IMG/VR virus record: IMGVR_UViG_3300029305_004606
Span: 32,001 to 96,000 of that record
Length of the DNA: 64,000 nt
Reading direction: 5' to 3' (one strand)
From: a virus
Lineage: Duplodnaviria; Caudoviricetes
This document shows positions 50,342 to 59,975 of the stretch, piece by piece (the first letter of the stretch is position 1; each line of letters starts with the position of its first letter). The position numbers and the translations under genes were made by a program. The notes below the pieces were generated by a model, which was given only the letters and a program-made list of their open reading frames with translations, made no database searches and was not told the DNA's origin.

Positions 50342-50417
50342 AATAATCACCTCCTCCTATCACAGCCTTTAATTAAGGGTTGATATTTTATAATATTAAA
50401 GAAAGGAAGTAATCAAA

Positions 50418-51497
50418 TTGGCTGTAACAAGTACTGGTAATCGAAGAGGTAGACCTAGAAAAGACTTAACTCCTATGGATAGAGCTAAAATGCAGCTCAC
50501 AGATGATATAGTTAACAAACTTAAATACAATGCGGAATTATCAGATGAACAGATTTTCTTATTGAAACAAACTTTAGATGATACGTTTAAGTCTTATGAT
50601 TTTGAAAAACAAGAAGATTGCGAAGACATGTCTATTCAAGATATTAATAACGAAGCTATGCAGTTATTTTTACAATCTAAACGTGCAGAATCAAAATCAA
50701 AGACTACTATATATAATTACGGTAATGAATTGTCAAAATTATTTCTTATTATAAATAAAGATTATAGACAGATTACAGCTCAAGATATAAGAGAATATAT
50801 GGATTATCGTAGAGAGCATGATAAAGTTAAACCTATCACTATTCAGAACATTCGTATGTATTTAATGAGCTTTTATAAATGGGCTGTTATAGAAGAAAAG
50901 ATATTAAGAAATCCTATGGACAAAATAGGAACTATAAAAAGAGAGCAAAAAGTTATAGAAACATTTACAGATGAAGAAGTAGAAATGCTAAGATGTGCTT
51001 GTAAGAATGAAAGAGATTTAGCAATTATAGATTTATTAAGTTCTACAGGTATGCGTGTATCAGAACTTACAGGATTAAATAAAAGAGATGTAAACTTTGA
51101 AACTGGAGAAGTTAAAGTTTATGGTAAGGGTGCTAAGGAACGTATTTGTTTCCTTACAGGTCGTGCAAAGATTCATCTCAAATGGTATTTGGAATCTCGT
51201 GTTGATAATAATGAAGCTTTATTTGTTACTGCTAAAAAACCATATACAAGAATTACAAAAAATGGTGTTGAATATGCACTTAAAGAATTAGGAAAAAGTA
51301 GTGGACTTACAGTAACTGAACGTGTATTTCCTCATAAGTTCAGAGCAACATTAGCTACAAATATGCTTAATAAAGGTGCAGATATAGCAGATATACAGCA
51401 TATATTAGGACATCAATCTTGCGATACAACGTTACAATGTTATGCAAAGATGGAGAAAGATACTATAAAGAAAGCTCATAAGAAATATATTCATTAA
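50418..51497 (+). CDS. tyrosine recombinase (XerC/D-like) with N-terminal AT-hook
   Basis: TGMRVSEL, GKGAKER, HKFR, LGH, catalytic Y; N-terminal RRGRPRK. Confidence 0.9.
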   Translation: MAVTSTGNRRGRPRKDLTPMDRAKMQLTDDIVNKLKYNAELSDEQIFLLKQTLDDTFKSYDFEKQEDCEDMSIQDINNEAMQLFLQSKRAESKSKTTIYNYGNELSKLFLIINKDYRQITAQDIREYMDYRREHDKVKPITIQNIRMYLMSFYKWAVIEEKILRNPMDKIGTIKREQKVIETFTDEEVEMLRCACKNERDLAIIDLLSSTGMRVSELTGLNKRDVNFETGEVKVYGKGAKERICFLTGRAKIHLKWYLESRVDNNEALFVTAKKPYTRITKNGVEYALKELGKSSGLTVTERVFPHKFRATLATNMLNKGADIADIQHILGHQSCDTTLQCYAKMEKDTIKKAHKKYIH

Positions 51498-51566
51498 CTA
51501 TTGCTGTTAATAATTATATATTATAATACTGAAATATAATATAAATTAAAAAGTAGAGGTATTATA

Positions 51567-51935
51567 ATGAATCAAATTAATACTATTATCCCGTTTGTTT
51601 TTGAAGATCACAGATTAAAGATTAATAATAAACCTATACTTGTTCCAAGCAGTAATTCGAATGGACAAATAGAAAAACATCACGCTTTCACTTTATTGTC
51701 TGGAAGATTTAATAATAAGCAAGATCTACTTAATACTATACATGCTATTGGTTTAGATATAGATCCTGCCCATCTTGATATTAAAAAGAACTCTTATGTA
51801 GTAAAATATAAAGATGATATCCAGATAACAGTTGAAGATATGTATCAAGATAAATTAGATCCAGATTTTAATTCAAATTATGAGATTTCTACAGAAGATA
51901 ATTTTTCTTTATTTATGAATAAACCCTATTACTAG
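51567..51935 (+). CDS. hypothetical protein
   Basis: 122-aa ORF with class A promoter at 51514. Confidence 0.65.
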   Translation: MNQINTIIPFVFEDHRLKINNKPILVPSSNSNGQIEKHHAFTLLSGRFNNKQDLLNTIHAIGLDIDPAHLDIKKNSYVVKYKDDIQITVEDMYQDKLDPDFNSNYEISTEDNFSLFMNKPYY

Positions 51936-51994
51936 GGTTTATTTTTTGATTTAAAACCACTATAATATAAATCACATCTAGGGAGGATATAAAT

Positions 51995-52420
51995 ATGGAT
52001 ACTTTTATTAAAGATCTTTTTACAGTCACCACTACCAAAGATATTTATACAGTAATTGTTACTTTAGTGGCTTTATTTTTTATATTGAAAGCAATGTATA
52101 ACAATATAAAGTTTATTTGTTTGAAAAAAGCAAGTGAAAAAATTGCATCGGTTGAAGAGTTGGCAGATCTTACAGGAGATGAAAAATTTGCTCTTGTTTT
52201 ATCATGGATAAATAGTGATCTTCCAAAAATATTTAATAATGCTGCTGCTCAAACTATTATTGAAAAGCTGGTAAATTTTGCTTATAACAATGCATTTAAA
52301 TATGCTCAGAATTATATTAAGAGGAAGACAGGATATGATATTCAGGAGCTCGTTGATATGATTAAAGATGGTAATAAGAATATGAAAAATGAGCCTTGTA
52401 CAGAAGATTCGAAAAAATAA
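51995..52420 (+). CDS. single-TM membrane protein, possibly holin-like
   Basis: N-terminal hydrophobic helix followed by LTGDEKFALV; GGAGG RBS. Confidence 0.5.
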   Translation: MDTFIKDLFTVTTTKDIYTVIVTLVALFFILKAMYNNIKFICLKKASEKIASVEELADLTGDEKFALVLSWINSDLPKIFNNAAAQTIIEKLVNFAYNNAFKYAQNYIKRKTGYDIQELVDMIKDGNKNMKNEPCTEDSKK

Positions 52421-52572
52421 TACCCATAGTCTTAGGAGTTTACAGCTCCTAAGACTTTTATTTTATACTATTAATTTGGTAGTAATTTATCAAACGCTAC
52501 ACATTTTTATAATTCTAATAAAGATAATTGTAGTCTATTATAAAACTTTTTAAAGTTAAAGGAGATTTGCCG

Positions 52573-52824
52573 ATGAGTATTATGTTATACGAAGATCCCA
52601 AGTTGGCAAAGATTGACTCCAAGTTGAAAAAAGCCAGAATAGCACGAGGATATACACAAGAATCATTAGCCGAATTATCTGGCGTCAATATAAAGTCGAT
52701 CGCTGCATACGAACAATCACCCGCTAAGTTCGCAAACGCTTCAATCTCTACTGTTATGAAATTATGTGATAGTCTTGGAGTAGATATTGAAGATGTAATT
52801 AACAGAGACACTATTGATTTTTAA
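52573..52824 (+). CDS. XRE-family HTH transcriptional regulator
   Basis: LKKARIARGYTQESLAELSGV..KSIAAYEQ. Confidence 0.85.
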   Translation: MSIMLYEDPKLAKIDSKLKKARIARGYTQESLAELSGVNIKSIAAYEQSPAKFANASISTVMKLCDSLGVDIEDVINRDTIDF

Positions 52825-52840
52825 AAAAGGAGAAATTAAA

Positions 52841-53293
52841 ATGAGCGAAGTAAAAACAAATATTCCACAAATGAAAATTAGATATCACAGAGAAATGTTT
52901 CCTGAATTGCCTGACGTTGTTCAGCATGGTAACTTTATCGATCTTTATAATGCAAAAGAAGTAACTCTTAAGGCTGGAGAATTTGATTATATTAGTCTTG
53001 GTATTTCAATAGAATGTCCTGAAGGATATTGGTTCCAGTTAGTACCTCGTAGTTCAACATTTGCAAAATACGGTATTATTCAGACTAACTCCTTCGGAGT
53101 TGTAGATACAAAATATTGTGGAGATGATGATATAATTGCAATGCCTGCATATGCTGTGAGAGATACAGTTATTCCTGCTAATGAAAGAATTTGTCAGTTT
53201 AGATTGGTAAAAGATATTGAATTTATTATCAATGAAGTTCCTAAGCTTGAAAATGAAAATAGAGGCGGATTTGGAGTTTCAGGAAGGAAATAA
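52841..53293 (+). CDS. dut: trimeric dUTPase
   Basis: FIDL, PRSS, GVVDTKYCG, ERICQ, RGGFGVSG. Confidence 0.88.
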   Translation: MSEVKTNIPQMKIRYHREMFPELPDVVQHGNFIDLYNAKEVTLKAGEFDYISLGISIECPEGYWFQLVPRSSTFAKYGIIQTNSFGVVDTKYCGDDDIIAMPAYAVRDTVIPANERICQFRLVKDIEFIINEVPKLENENRGGFGVSGRK

Positions 53294-53297
53294 TTAT

Positions 53298-54503
53298 ATG
53301 AGTAAAAAATTTCCCGGCGGTATAGATTCCAGAGCAAGTAATAGATTTCATTACTGCTCTGGAACCGATACTCTTGTTGAAGTAAATACTATATTTTTTG
53401 ATGAAAATCACAAAATACATTCATTTGGTACATCTATTGGAGATAGATTTAATTTGGTTCCTTCTGAACAAATATTTCATTCTCCTTATGGATCGTATTT
53501 TAAAGATTATATTCTCGAAGATCTTTTTTATCTTGGTTATATAGATAGAAAACATTATCTTACTGTAAAATTCTGTGTAGATATTACAGAAAGTTCTATT
53601 TTCAAAAACTCTATCAAGTGCTTTATTGAAAATAATCATAATAAGCTTTCTAAGGCAGAAATACATACATGTGGCGAAGTATGGACAAATGGTATGGAAA
53701 TAGCTATTTGTAACTTGGTTGCTAAGAAATATTATAGTAACGAAGAAGTAGAAAAAAGAAATGCTAAAAAGAATCCGGGTAAATTAATGAAAGAATATTC
53801 TGACAAAGATATGACTTCTGATGTATTATCTAAACTAAGAAAACCTTTTATAGAAATTCGTTGTTCATACAATAGTGTCGAAGATATGATAAAAGATAAA
53901 GATAGTTTGGATAGTGGTTCTATTATTCATATTCACGGTTCTGATAAATTCTACTACAAAGATACAGATGGAGAATTTTCATTTTTATACTGTTCTAAAC
54001 CAGAAAATGATTTAATACCTAATGATTATACAATCTCTTGGGGTAGTTATTTTATGGGTATTGCTCAATTGGTTAAGAAACGTTCCAAAGATCCTGCTTG
54101 TAAAGTTGGTGCTTGTATTGTAAGAGATAAAAAGATTCTTTCTACAGGTTATAATGGATTTCCTCGTGGTATAGATGATGATAAATATCCTTGGACTAAA
54201 GATAGCAATGATCCTACTAAGAATAAATTCTTTTATGTGGTACATGCAGAGTTAAATGCTATATTAAACTCTGACACTCCTGTTACAGATGCAGAGTTAT
54301 ATGTAACAAAATTTCCTTGTAATGAATGTGCCAAAGCTATTATTCAGTCAGGTATCAAGAAGATTATTTATAACGATGACAAAGATGATCCTGTATTATT
54401 TAATGCAGAAAAGAACAAAGTAACACTATCAATGCTTACTGATGCAGGAATTGAAGTGGTTAGATATTGTCCGATTAGATATAACGAATTAATTCGTCTT
54501 TAA
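53298..54503 (+). CDS. dCMP deaminase with long N-terminal extra domain
   Basis: SWGSYFMGIA, RSKDP, VGACI, GYNG, HAE, FPCNEC in the C-terminal ~160 aa. Confidence 0.85.
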   Translation: MSKKFPGGIDSRASNRFHYCSGTDTLVEVNTIFFDENHKIHSFGTSIGDRFNLVPSEQIFHSPYGSYFKDYILEDLFYLGYIDRKHYLTVKFCVDITESSIFKNSIKCFIENNHNKLSKAEIHTCGEVWTNGMEIAICNLVAKKYYSNEEVEKRNAKKNPGKLMKEYSDKDMTSDVLSKLRKPFIEIRCSYNSVEDMIKDKDSLDSGSIIHIHGSDKFYYKDTDGEFSFLYCSKPENDLIPNDYTISWGSYFMGIAQLVKKRSKDPACKVGACIVRDKKILSTGYNGFPRGIDDDKYPWTKDSNDPTKNKFFYVVHAELNAILNSDTPVTDAELYVTKFPCNECAKAIIQSGIKKIIYNDDKDDPVLFNAEKNKVTLSMLTDAGIEVVRYCPIRYNELIRL

Positions 54504-54701
54504 TCATCAAATTTATACCAGTAAAAAAGCATGTATTTTAAAGAGTATAGAATTGAAGAAAATGGATAGAGATTGACCTCTCTATCCATTTTTCTATGCT
54601 GAAATTCAACATGTAGTTTTACATTTAGATAATCGCTTAATATTATTAGAGCGAAATAAATCCTAAAAATATAAAGATAACTAGGAGAGGAGATTATTTT
54701 T

Positions 54702-57002
54702 ATGCATTACATTATTAAACGTGATGGAAGAAAAGACGATTTTAATCGTAGAAAAATTGAAAGAGCTGTTGAGAAAGCTTTTTTAGAAGTTGATGGTACA
54801 GTAGACAGTTATGCTACTAATAAAATTCATTCTATTGCTGATTTCATCGAAGAAAAAGTTAATACAACTGATCATGAATATACAGTAGAAGAAATTCAGG
54901 ATCTTGTACAGAACGGTCTTATGAATACAAAAAGAAAAGATGTAGCTGTAGCATATATTACATACCGTAACGAAAGAAATCGTATTAGAGGTAATCATAT
55001 TGATAAAGCGATTGATGAAATCGTTAATGGAAAATCTGAATATTGGAATGGAGAAAACTCCAATAAAAATTCGTTACTTGTAACTACTCAAAGAGACTAT
55101 ATTGCTGGTGAAGTATCTACAGACAAAGCTATGAGAGAGTTACTTCCTATCGAAGTTGTAATGGCTCACAAGGCTTCAGAAGCTCATTTCCATGATGCTG
55201 ATTATTTTGCTCAGAAAGCACTTACAAACTGTGAATTGGTTAATGCTGAAGATATGTTGCAGAATGGTACTGTAGTGAACGGTGTTGCTATTGATAAACC
55301 TAAGAGACTTATTACAGGATCTACTATTATTACTCAAATTATTCTTGCAGTAACTTCGTCCACATATGGTGGATGTACAGTAACTCTTACACATCTTGCA
55401 CCTTTTGTTCGTGACAGTTTCATTGGACATCTTAAAGATGGATTTATCTGGTGTGAAGATATGGATGAAGATGAAGCTGAAAAAATGGCTGAAGAATTCA
55501 GAAATTCTGGTATGACTGTTTTGGCTTCAGAAGAATTCAAAGCTGAACATAAGAAAGTGTATAAATATGCTCTTAAGAAAACTTTGAAAGAAGTTAGAGA
55601 TTCTGTTCAAACTTTCAACTATCAGGTTAATTCTATGACCAATACAAATGGTCAGGCTCCTTTCCTTACAGTATTCATGTATCTTGGAGAAACAGATGAG
55701 TTTAAACCTGAATTAGCCATGTTGATCGAAGAATTCTTACATCAGAGAATTTTAGGATTCAAGAATCGCAATGGTGTATATATTACTCCTGCATTTCCTA
55801 AGCTTATCTATGTAACAGAAGAAGACAATATTCATGAAGATTCTAAGTATTGGTATCTTACTGAACTTGCTGCTAAATGTATTGCTAAGAGAATGGTTCC
55901 TGATCTTATCTCAGAAAAGATAATGAAACAGTTGAAAATTGACGAAAATGGAAACGGAAACTGCTATCCTGCTATGGGTTGTCGTTCATTCCTTACACCT
56001 TATATCGATCCTAAAACAGGTAAACCTAAATATTATGGTCGTTTCAATGGTGGTGTTGTTACTATCAATCTTCCTGATATTGCATTATCTGCTCGTAGAG
56101 ATATATATGGAGAAACTGCTAATGATCAGCCTTTCGAACTTACACCTGAACTTGAAAAGAAATTCTGGGAAATCTTCGAAAAGAGAACAGAAGTATGTCA
56201 TAAGGGTCTTCGTAAGAGATATGAAAGAATTGCTTCTATCACTTCAGATGTAGCTCCTATTCTTTGGCAGGCAGGAACATTTGCAAGACTTCAGCCTGGT
56301 GAATCTGTAGAACCTCTTCTGAGAGGTGGTTATGCTACATTTTCTCTTGGATATGCAGGTCTCTATGAATGTGTAAAAGCTATGACTGGTAAGAGTCATT
56401 CAGGTGGAGAAGGTATGGAGTTTGGTATGAAAGTTATGCAGGCTCTAAATGATAAGTGTGCTCAATGGAGAGAAGCAGAAGACATTGCATACTCATTATA
56501 TGGAACACCTATTGAAAGTGTAACATATAAGTTTGCTAAGTCTCTTCAGAATAAGTTTGGTATTATTGAAGGTATTACCGACAGAGGTTATATCACTAAC
56601 TCTTATCATATTAACGTAAGAGAAGAGATTGACGCTTTCAGCAAACTATCTATCGAATCTCAGTATCAGAAACTTTCTCCTGGTGGAGCTATTTCATATG
56701 TAGAGGTTCCTAATATGCAGAATAATATTCCTGCTGTACTTGAACTTATGAAGTTCATGTATGATAATATCATGTATGCAGAGATTAATTCTAAGTCTGA
56801 TTACTGTCAGTGCTGTGGTTATGATGGTGAGATTCAGATTAAAGGAGAGAAAGCAGGAAATCTCTATTGGGAGTGTCCTAATTGTGGAAACAAAGACCAG
56901 AAACTTATGAATGTAGCAAGACGTACTTGTGGATATATTGGTACACAGTTCTGGAATCAGGGTCGTACCGAAGAGATTAAAGAAAGAGTGCTTCATTTAT
57001 AA
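54702..57002 (+). CDS. nrdD: anaerobic (class III) ribonucleoside-triphosphate reductase with ATP cone
   Basis: IIKRDGR, HFHDADY, MGCRSFL, TNSYH, CQCC..CPNC, glycyl-radical RTCGYI. Confidence 0.95.
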   Translation: MHYIIKRDGRKDDFNRRKIERAVEKAFLEVDGTVDSYATNKIHSIADFIEEKVNTTDHEYTVEEIQDLVQNGLMNTKRKDVAVAYITYRNERNRIRGNHIDKAIDEIVNGKSEYWNGENSNKNSLLVTTQRDYIAGEVSTDKAMRELLPIEVVMAHKASEAHFHDADYFAQKALTNCELVNAEDMLQNGTVVNGVAIDKPKRLITGSTIITQIILAVTSSTYGGCTVTLTHLAPFVRDSFIGHLKDGFIWCEDMDEDEAEKMAEEFRNSGMTVLASEEFKAEHKKVYKYALKKTLKEVRDSVQTFNYQVNSMTNTNGQAPFLTVFMYLGETDEFKPELAMLIEEFLHQRILGFKNRNGVYITPAFPKLIYVTEEDNIHEDSKYWYLTELAAKCIAKRMVPDLISEKIMKQLKIDENGNGNCYPAMGCRSFLTPYIDPKTGKPKYYGRFNGGVVTINLPDIALSARRDIYGETANDQPFELTPELEKKFWEIFEKRTEVCHKGLRKRYERIASITSDVAPILWQAGTFARLQPGESVEPLLRGGYATFSLGYAGLYECVKAMTGKSHSGGEGMEFGMKVMQALNDKCAQWREAEDIAYSLYGTPIESVTYKFAKSLQNKFGIIEGITDRGYITNSYHINVREEIDAFSKLSIESQYQKLSPGGAISYVEVPNMQNNIPAVLELMKFMYDNIMYAEINSKSDYCQCCGYDGEIQIKGEKAGNLYWECPNCGNKDQKLMNVARRTCGYIGTQFWNQGRTEEIKERVLHL

Positions 57003-57066
57003 TTAAATTAACTAACTCTTGGTGGATGAAAATTCACCAAGAGTTTTATTTCGTTGGAGGTTTATT

Positions 57067-57567
57067 ATGAATTATGCAAATATAAAATATAATGATATTG
57101 CTAATGGATACGGTGTCAGAACTAGTTTATTTGTATCAGGTTGTAGAAATAATTGCCCTAATTGTTTTAATAAAGATGCTCAGAATTTTAAATACGGAAA
57201 TCCTTTTACCGATGAAGTAGCAGATAATATAATTGAATCAGTTAAAGCAAATCATTATAAAGGGATTACTATCTTAGGCGGGGAACCTATGGAACCTGAA
57301 AATGCTTCGGAACTTATAAAATTTGTCAAAAAGTTTAGAGAAGTATACGGTGATACCAAAGATATTTGGTTATTTACTGGATATATTTATGAAAACTTAC
57401 TGGAGTACGATGATGACAGGGCTAGACTTGCAGAAGCAGTTGATATTATCGTAGATGGTCCATTCATCGAAGCTAAAAAGAGTATTATTTTACAATTCAG
57501 AGGTAGTTCTAATCAAAGAATTATTGATGCTAAGAATAAAACTGATATAACTAGTCAGTTTAAATAA
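57067..57567 (+). CDS. nrdG: anaerobic RNR activating radical-SAM protein
   Basis: [39 protein letters not shown]. Confidence 0.93.
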   Translation: MNYANIKYNDIANGYGVRTSLFVSGCRNNCPNCFNKDAQNFKYGNPFTDEVADNIIESVKANHYKGITILGGEPMEPENASELIKFVKKFREVYGDTKDIWLFTGYIYENLLEYDDDRARLAEAVDIIVDGPFIEAKKSIILQFRGSSNQRIIDAKNKTDITSQFK

Positions 57568-57587
57568 AAGACAAGGAGAAAGATATT

Positions 57588-57920
57588 ATGTCAAGAAATG
57601 TGTCAGAAGATGGAAGATTAAAAGTAGGAGATATTGTATCTCATTTCAAAAGAGATGGATATCTCGAAGAAGTAGCGATGCTCGGTGTAACAGCACAAAA
57701 GAATATTTATTTGTATGAAATTTTAGCATTTGCTAAACATACAGAAACCAAAGAAGAATTAGTAGTATACAAAGCATTATATTCAAATCATGATATGGGA
57801 GTTGACTTCGGTGTATATTGTAGACCTTACAATATGTTTATGTCGGAAGTTGACAGAGAAAAATATCCTGATGTTAAACAGAAATATCGTTTTGAAATTT
57901 GGAACGGTGATACAGAGTAA
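57588..57920 (+). CDS. DUF1653 family protein
   Basis: HFK...[17 protein letters not shown]...[11 protein letters not shown]...QKYRF. Confidence 0.8.
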   Translation: MSRNVSEDGRLKVGDIVSHFKRDGYLEEVAMLGVTAQKNIYLYEILAFAKHTETKEELVVYKALYSNHDMGVDFGVYCRPYNMFMSEVDREKYPDVKQKYRFEIWNGDTE

Positions 57921-58031
57921 AAATAAAGTTCCTCAGATGAGTAAATCATCTGAGGAATATTTTCTTAAATTATATATTATAAACTTGTATATACATATAG
58001 TTTATTTTATAGAAAGGAAACAAATGATACT

Positions 58032-58568
58032 ATGGACAAAGAAAAAGAGGAAAAAATGAAAAAAGCTGCAGAAGAAGCTTGTGAACAAATTAGAAAAGAA
58101 GCATCAAAAAGAGTTACAGATGCTATTGTTGACAAAGTAAAGACTATGAACTTAGATGAAGATATTCATTATGCTGAGTTTGTAAAATCTAACTTTGAAA
58201 TGATGAAAGAACTTGGAGTTATTGGCGTAGTTTTGGGAGGTGTAGTTCCTGATAATAAAGATAAGTCTAAAGTTATATATGATGGAACTTTGCCATTCAA
58301 ATTTGAAGTTAATGATGAGAATGGTGAACCTTATACACATTTTAAAGTAGCACAAAAAGCTAAGAAGATTATTACTGAATATAGAAGAAAAGTTGGTCCT
58401 ATGATTCTCGGAGATACTGATCCTGAAAATTTTACATTTTGTTACAGAATGAGAGATGATGTTTGGACTCAAGAAAGAGCGGATAATTATACTTGTCTTA
58501 TTCAGGAAGAAGTAGACAATGCTATAAAAGTTTTAGAAGAACTTGAAAAACAAAAGGAAAAAGAATAG
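58032..58568 (+). CDS. hypothetical protein
   Basis: 178-aa ORF with class A promoter at 57970. Confidence 0.65.
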   Translation: MDKEKEEKMKKAAEEACEQIRKEASKRVTDAIVDKVKTMNLDEDIHYAEFVKSNFEMMKELGVIGVVLGGVVPDNKDKSKVIYDGTLPFKFEVNDENGEPYTHFKVAQKAKKIITEYRRKVGPMILGDTDPENFTFCYRMRDDVWTQERADNYTCLIQEEVDNAIKVLEELEKQKEKE

Positions 58569-58592
58569 AAATATTAGATTGAGGTATTATAT

Positions 58593-58766
58593 ATGGGCAA
58601 AGTATTAGAACCATTTGATTTTGCTTCTAGACTTATGGAGATGGATAAGGGAGTATTAGAAGAAATTTTTGGTACAAAATTAATTTCTAATGAAGATTTA
58701 TTTAAGAAATTCTCTTATAATGAGGCTATGGCTATTTACAATGTTTGGATGGATATTAACTTTTAA
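58593..58766 (+). CDS. 57-aa small protein (not in ORF track)
   Basis: GAGGT RBS; MGKVLEPFDFASRLMEMDKGVLEEIFG...WMDINF. Confidence 0.6.
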   Translation: MGKVLEPFDFASRLMEMDKGVLEEIFGTKLISNEDLFKKFSYNEAMAIYNVWMDINF

Positions 58767-58860
58767 TATACTATTAAACAATCAGTTAATAGTCCTCTAC
58801 TGGAGTATTAAATCTTATTAAAGTTATATATTATAAATTTAGAAAGGAGGAAATAAAGTA

Positions 58861-59084
58861 ATGGGGTAGTAAATAATATAAGTTATGATAATTTTCCTAA
58901 ACAAAATATGGGTGATTTGGGTGTAGGAACTAAAGTAAATGTATATTATCATTATGATACCAGTAAAAAACATACTGGAATTATTGTTAGAGATGATCAA
59001 GAAGAACCATTTGAAACAATTATTAAACTTGATGATGGAAGATTTCTAAGAGGCACAGAATGCCAGTATAGTCCTATAGAGTAA
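58861..59084 (+). pseudogene. small phage gene frameshifted at codon 2-3
   Basis: Class A promoter, AGGAGG, then ATG GGG TAG; one extra base restores a 74-aa ORF MGVVNNISYDNFPKQ...TECQYSPIE. Confidence 0.6.
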
Positions 59085-59123
59085 TAACAACTAATTATTT
59101 TGTTAGAAAGGAGGAAATAAAAG

Positions 59124-59318
59124 ATGGAATCCACAAAGATTTATGAAGAATCGCACAAAGAGCTTGTCAGAATTACCAGAGAAACCAGTACAGGTGAAAT
59201 TAGAATTGATCCTAGTAAACTTGATGCTGAAACTAAAGGTCAGATGCTGAAAGCTATTAGAGGTGTAGCAAATCAGAGACAAAAAGACATCGAGAAAATT
59301 ATTTTCGGTGTACAGTAG
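59124..59318 (+). CDS. hypothetical protein
   Basis: 64-aa ORF with AGGAGG RBS. Confidence 0.65.
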   Translation: MESTKIYEESHKELVRITRETSTGEIRIDPSKLDAETKGQMLKAIRGVANQRQKDIEKIIFGVQ

Positions 59319-59335
59319 TAGGAGGTCTAAAAAAA

Positions 59336-59533
59336 GTGAGCAACAACGATTTCGATATTCCAGTTAAGATTGAAGTTGACACTAATGAAGTTGAAAATCA
59401 ACTTGGTAAAGTTGGTTCGTTTCTATTGGTACATGCAGTCGATATGTTGTTTGGTAAAAGAGGTTTAATAAGACCAGAGTTTGAAACAACTTTCTGGTTA
59501 GGAAATTACTATATCAAGATCGATATGCATTAG
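59336..59533 (+). CDS. hypothetical protein
   Basis: 65-aa ORF with AGGAGG RBS and GTG start. Confidence 0.6.
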   Translation: MSNNDFDIPVKIEVDTNEVENQLGKVGSFLLVHAVDMLFGKRGLIRPEFETTFWLGNYYIKIDMH

Positions 59534-59558
59534 ATATTTCTAAGGAAGAGGTGCTATT

Positions 59559-59975
59559 ATGGCAAAAAAGGATACTTTTGAAAAAATGTACGACTTGTAC
59601 AATGCTATTGTCGATATCGACAGAATTATTAACTCTACTGATGATATTAATCAAAATGGAGAATGTAAATTAGATCAGGTTTTATTCTATGTAAAAGACA
59701 TCCCTAAATCAGAATATAATCCTCAAATAGCTGCAGAGATTATAAGTTCTATTAGAACTGCTATTGTAGAGATATATTCTAAAACAGCTCAAGAAATTAA
59801 TAATGATATTGGATCAGGAATGGTTTCAATGGGTTGTAGACAGGAAAGTCCTATAGCTGGTAAAATTCCGGTCATGATTAATCCTACTCAGGTTCAGAAT
59901 AACTTTGGTCTTGGAGCTAGGAAAAACAATGTAGAAAGAGGTATGGTCTATGCAGCAGGACAACAAACAAATTAG
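59559..59975 (+). CDS. hypothetical protein
   Basis: 138-aa ORF with GAGGTG RBS. Confidence 0.65.
   Translation: MAKKDTFEKMYDLYNAIVDIDRIINSTDDINQNGECKLDQVLFYVKDIPKSEYNPQIAAEIISSIRTAIVEIYSKTAQEINNDIGSGMVSMGCRQESPIAGKIPVMINPTQVQNNFGLGARKNNVERGMVYAAGQQTN

Larger units (their letters stand above)
1952..58790. promoter_or_regulatory. class B (putative non-virion-RNAP) promoter motif, dispersed
   Basis: (A/T/C)AC(A/T)-N6-TAAT at +1952, 4984, 18760, 37570, 40286, 41872, 52500, 54620, 58777 and minus 4426, 14094, 41844, 48474. Confidence 0.65.

Noticed and set aside
51500-51535. dif/att-like site next to the tyrosine recombinase
   Set aside because: The AT-rich pseudo-palindrome is fully explained by the class A promoter motif found at many other loci.
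53350-53460. Resemblance of the deaminase N-domain to the RlmN/Cfr radical-SAM N-terminus
   Set aside because: There is no CxxxCxxC motif and the similarity is too faint to support.
46952-58766. Weak PIEF-like words (VKPEF in 46952, IIPFVF in 51567, YCPIRY in the deaminase, LEPFDF in 58593)
   Set aside because: They are single, degenerate matches that could be chance, so they are not counted as evidence.
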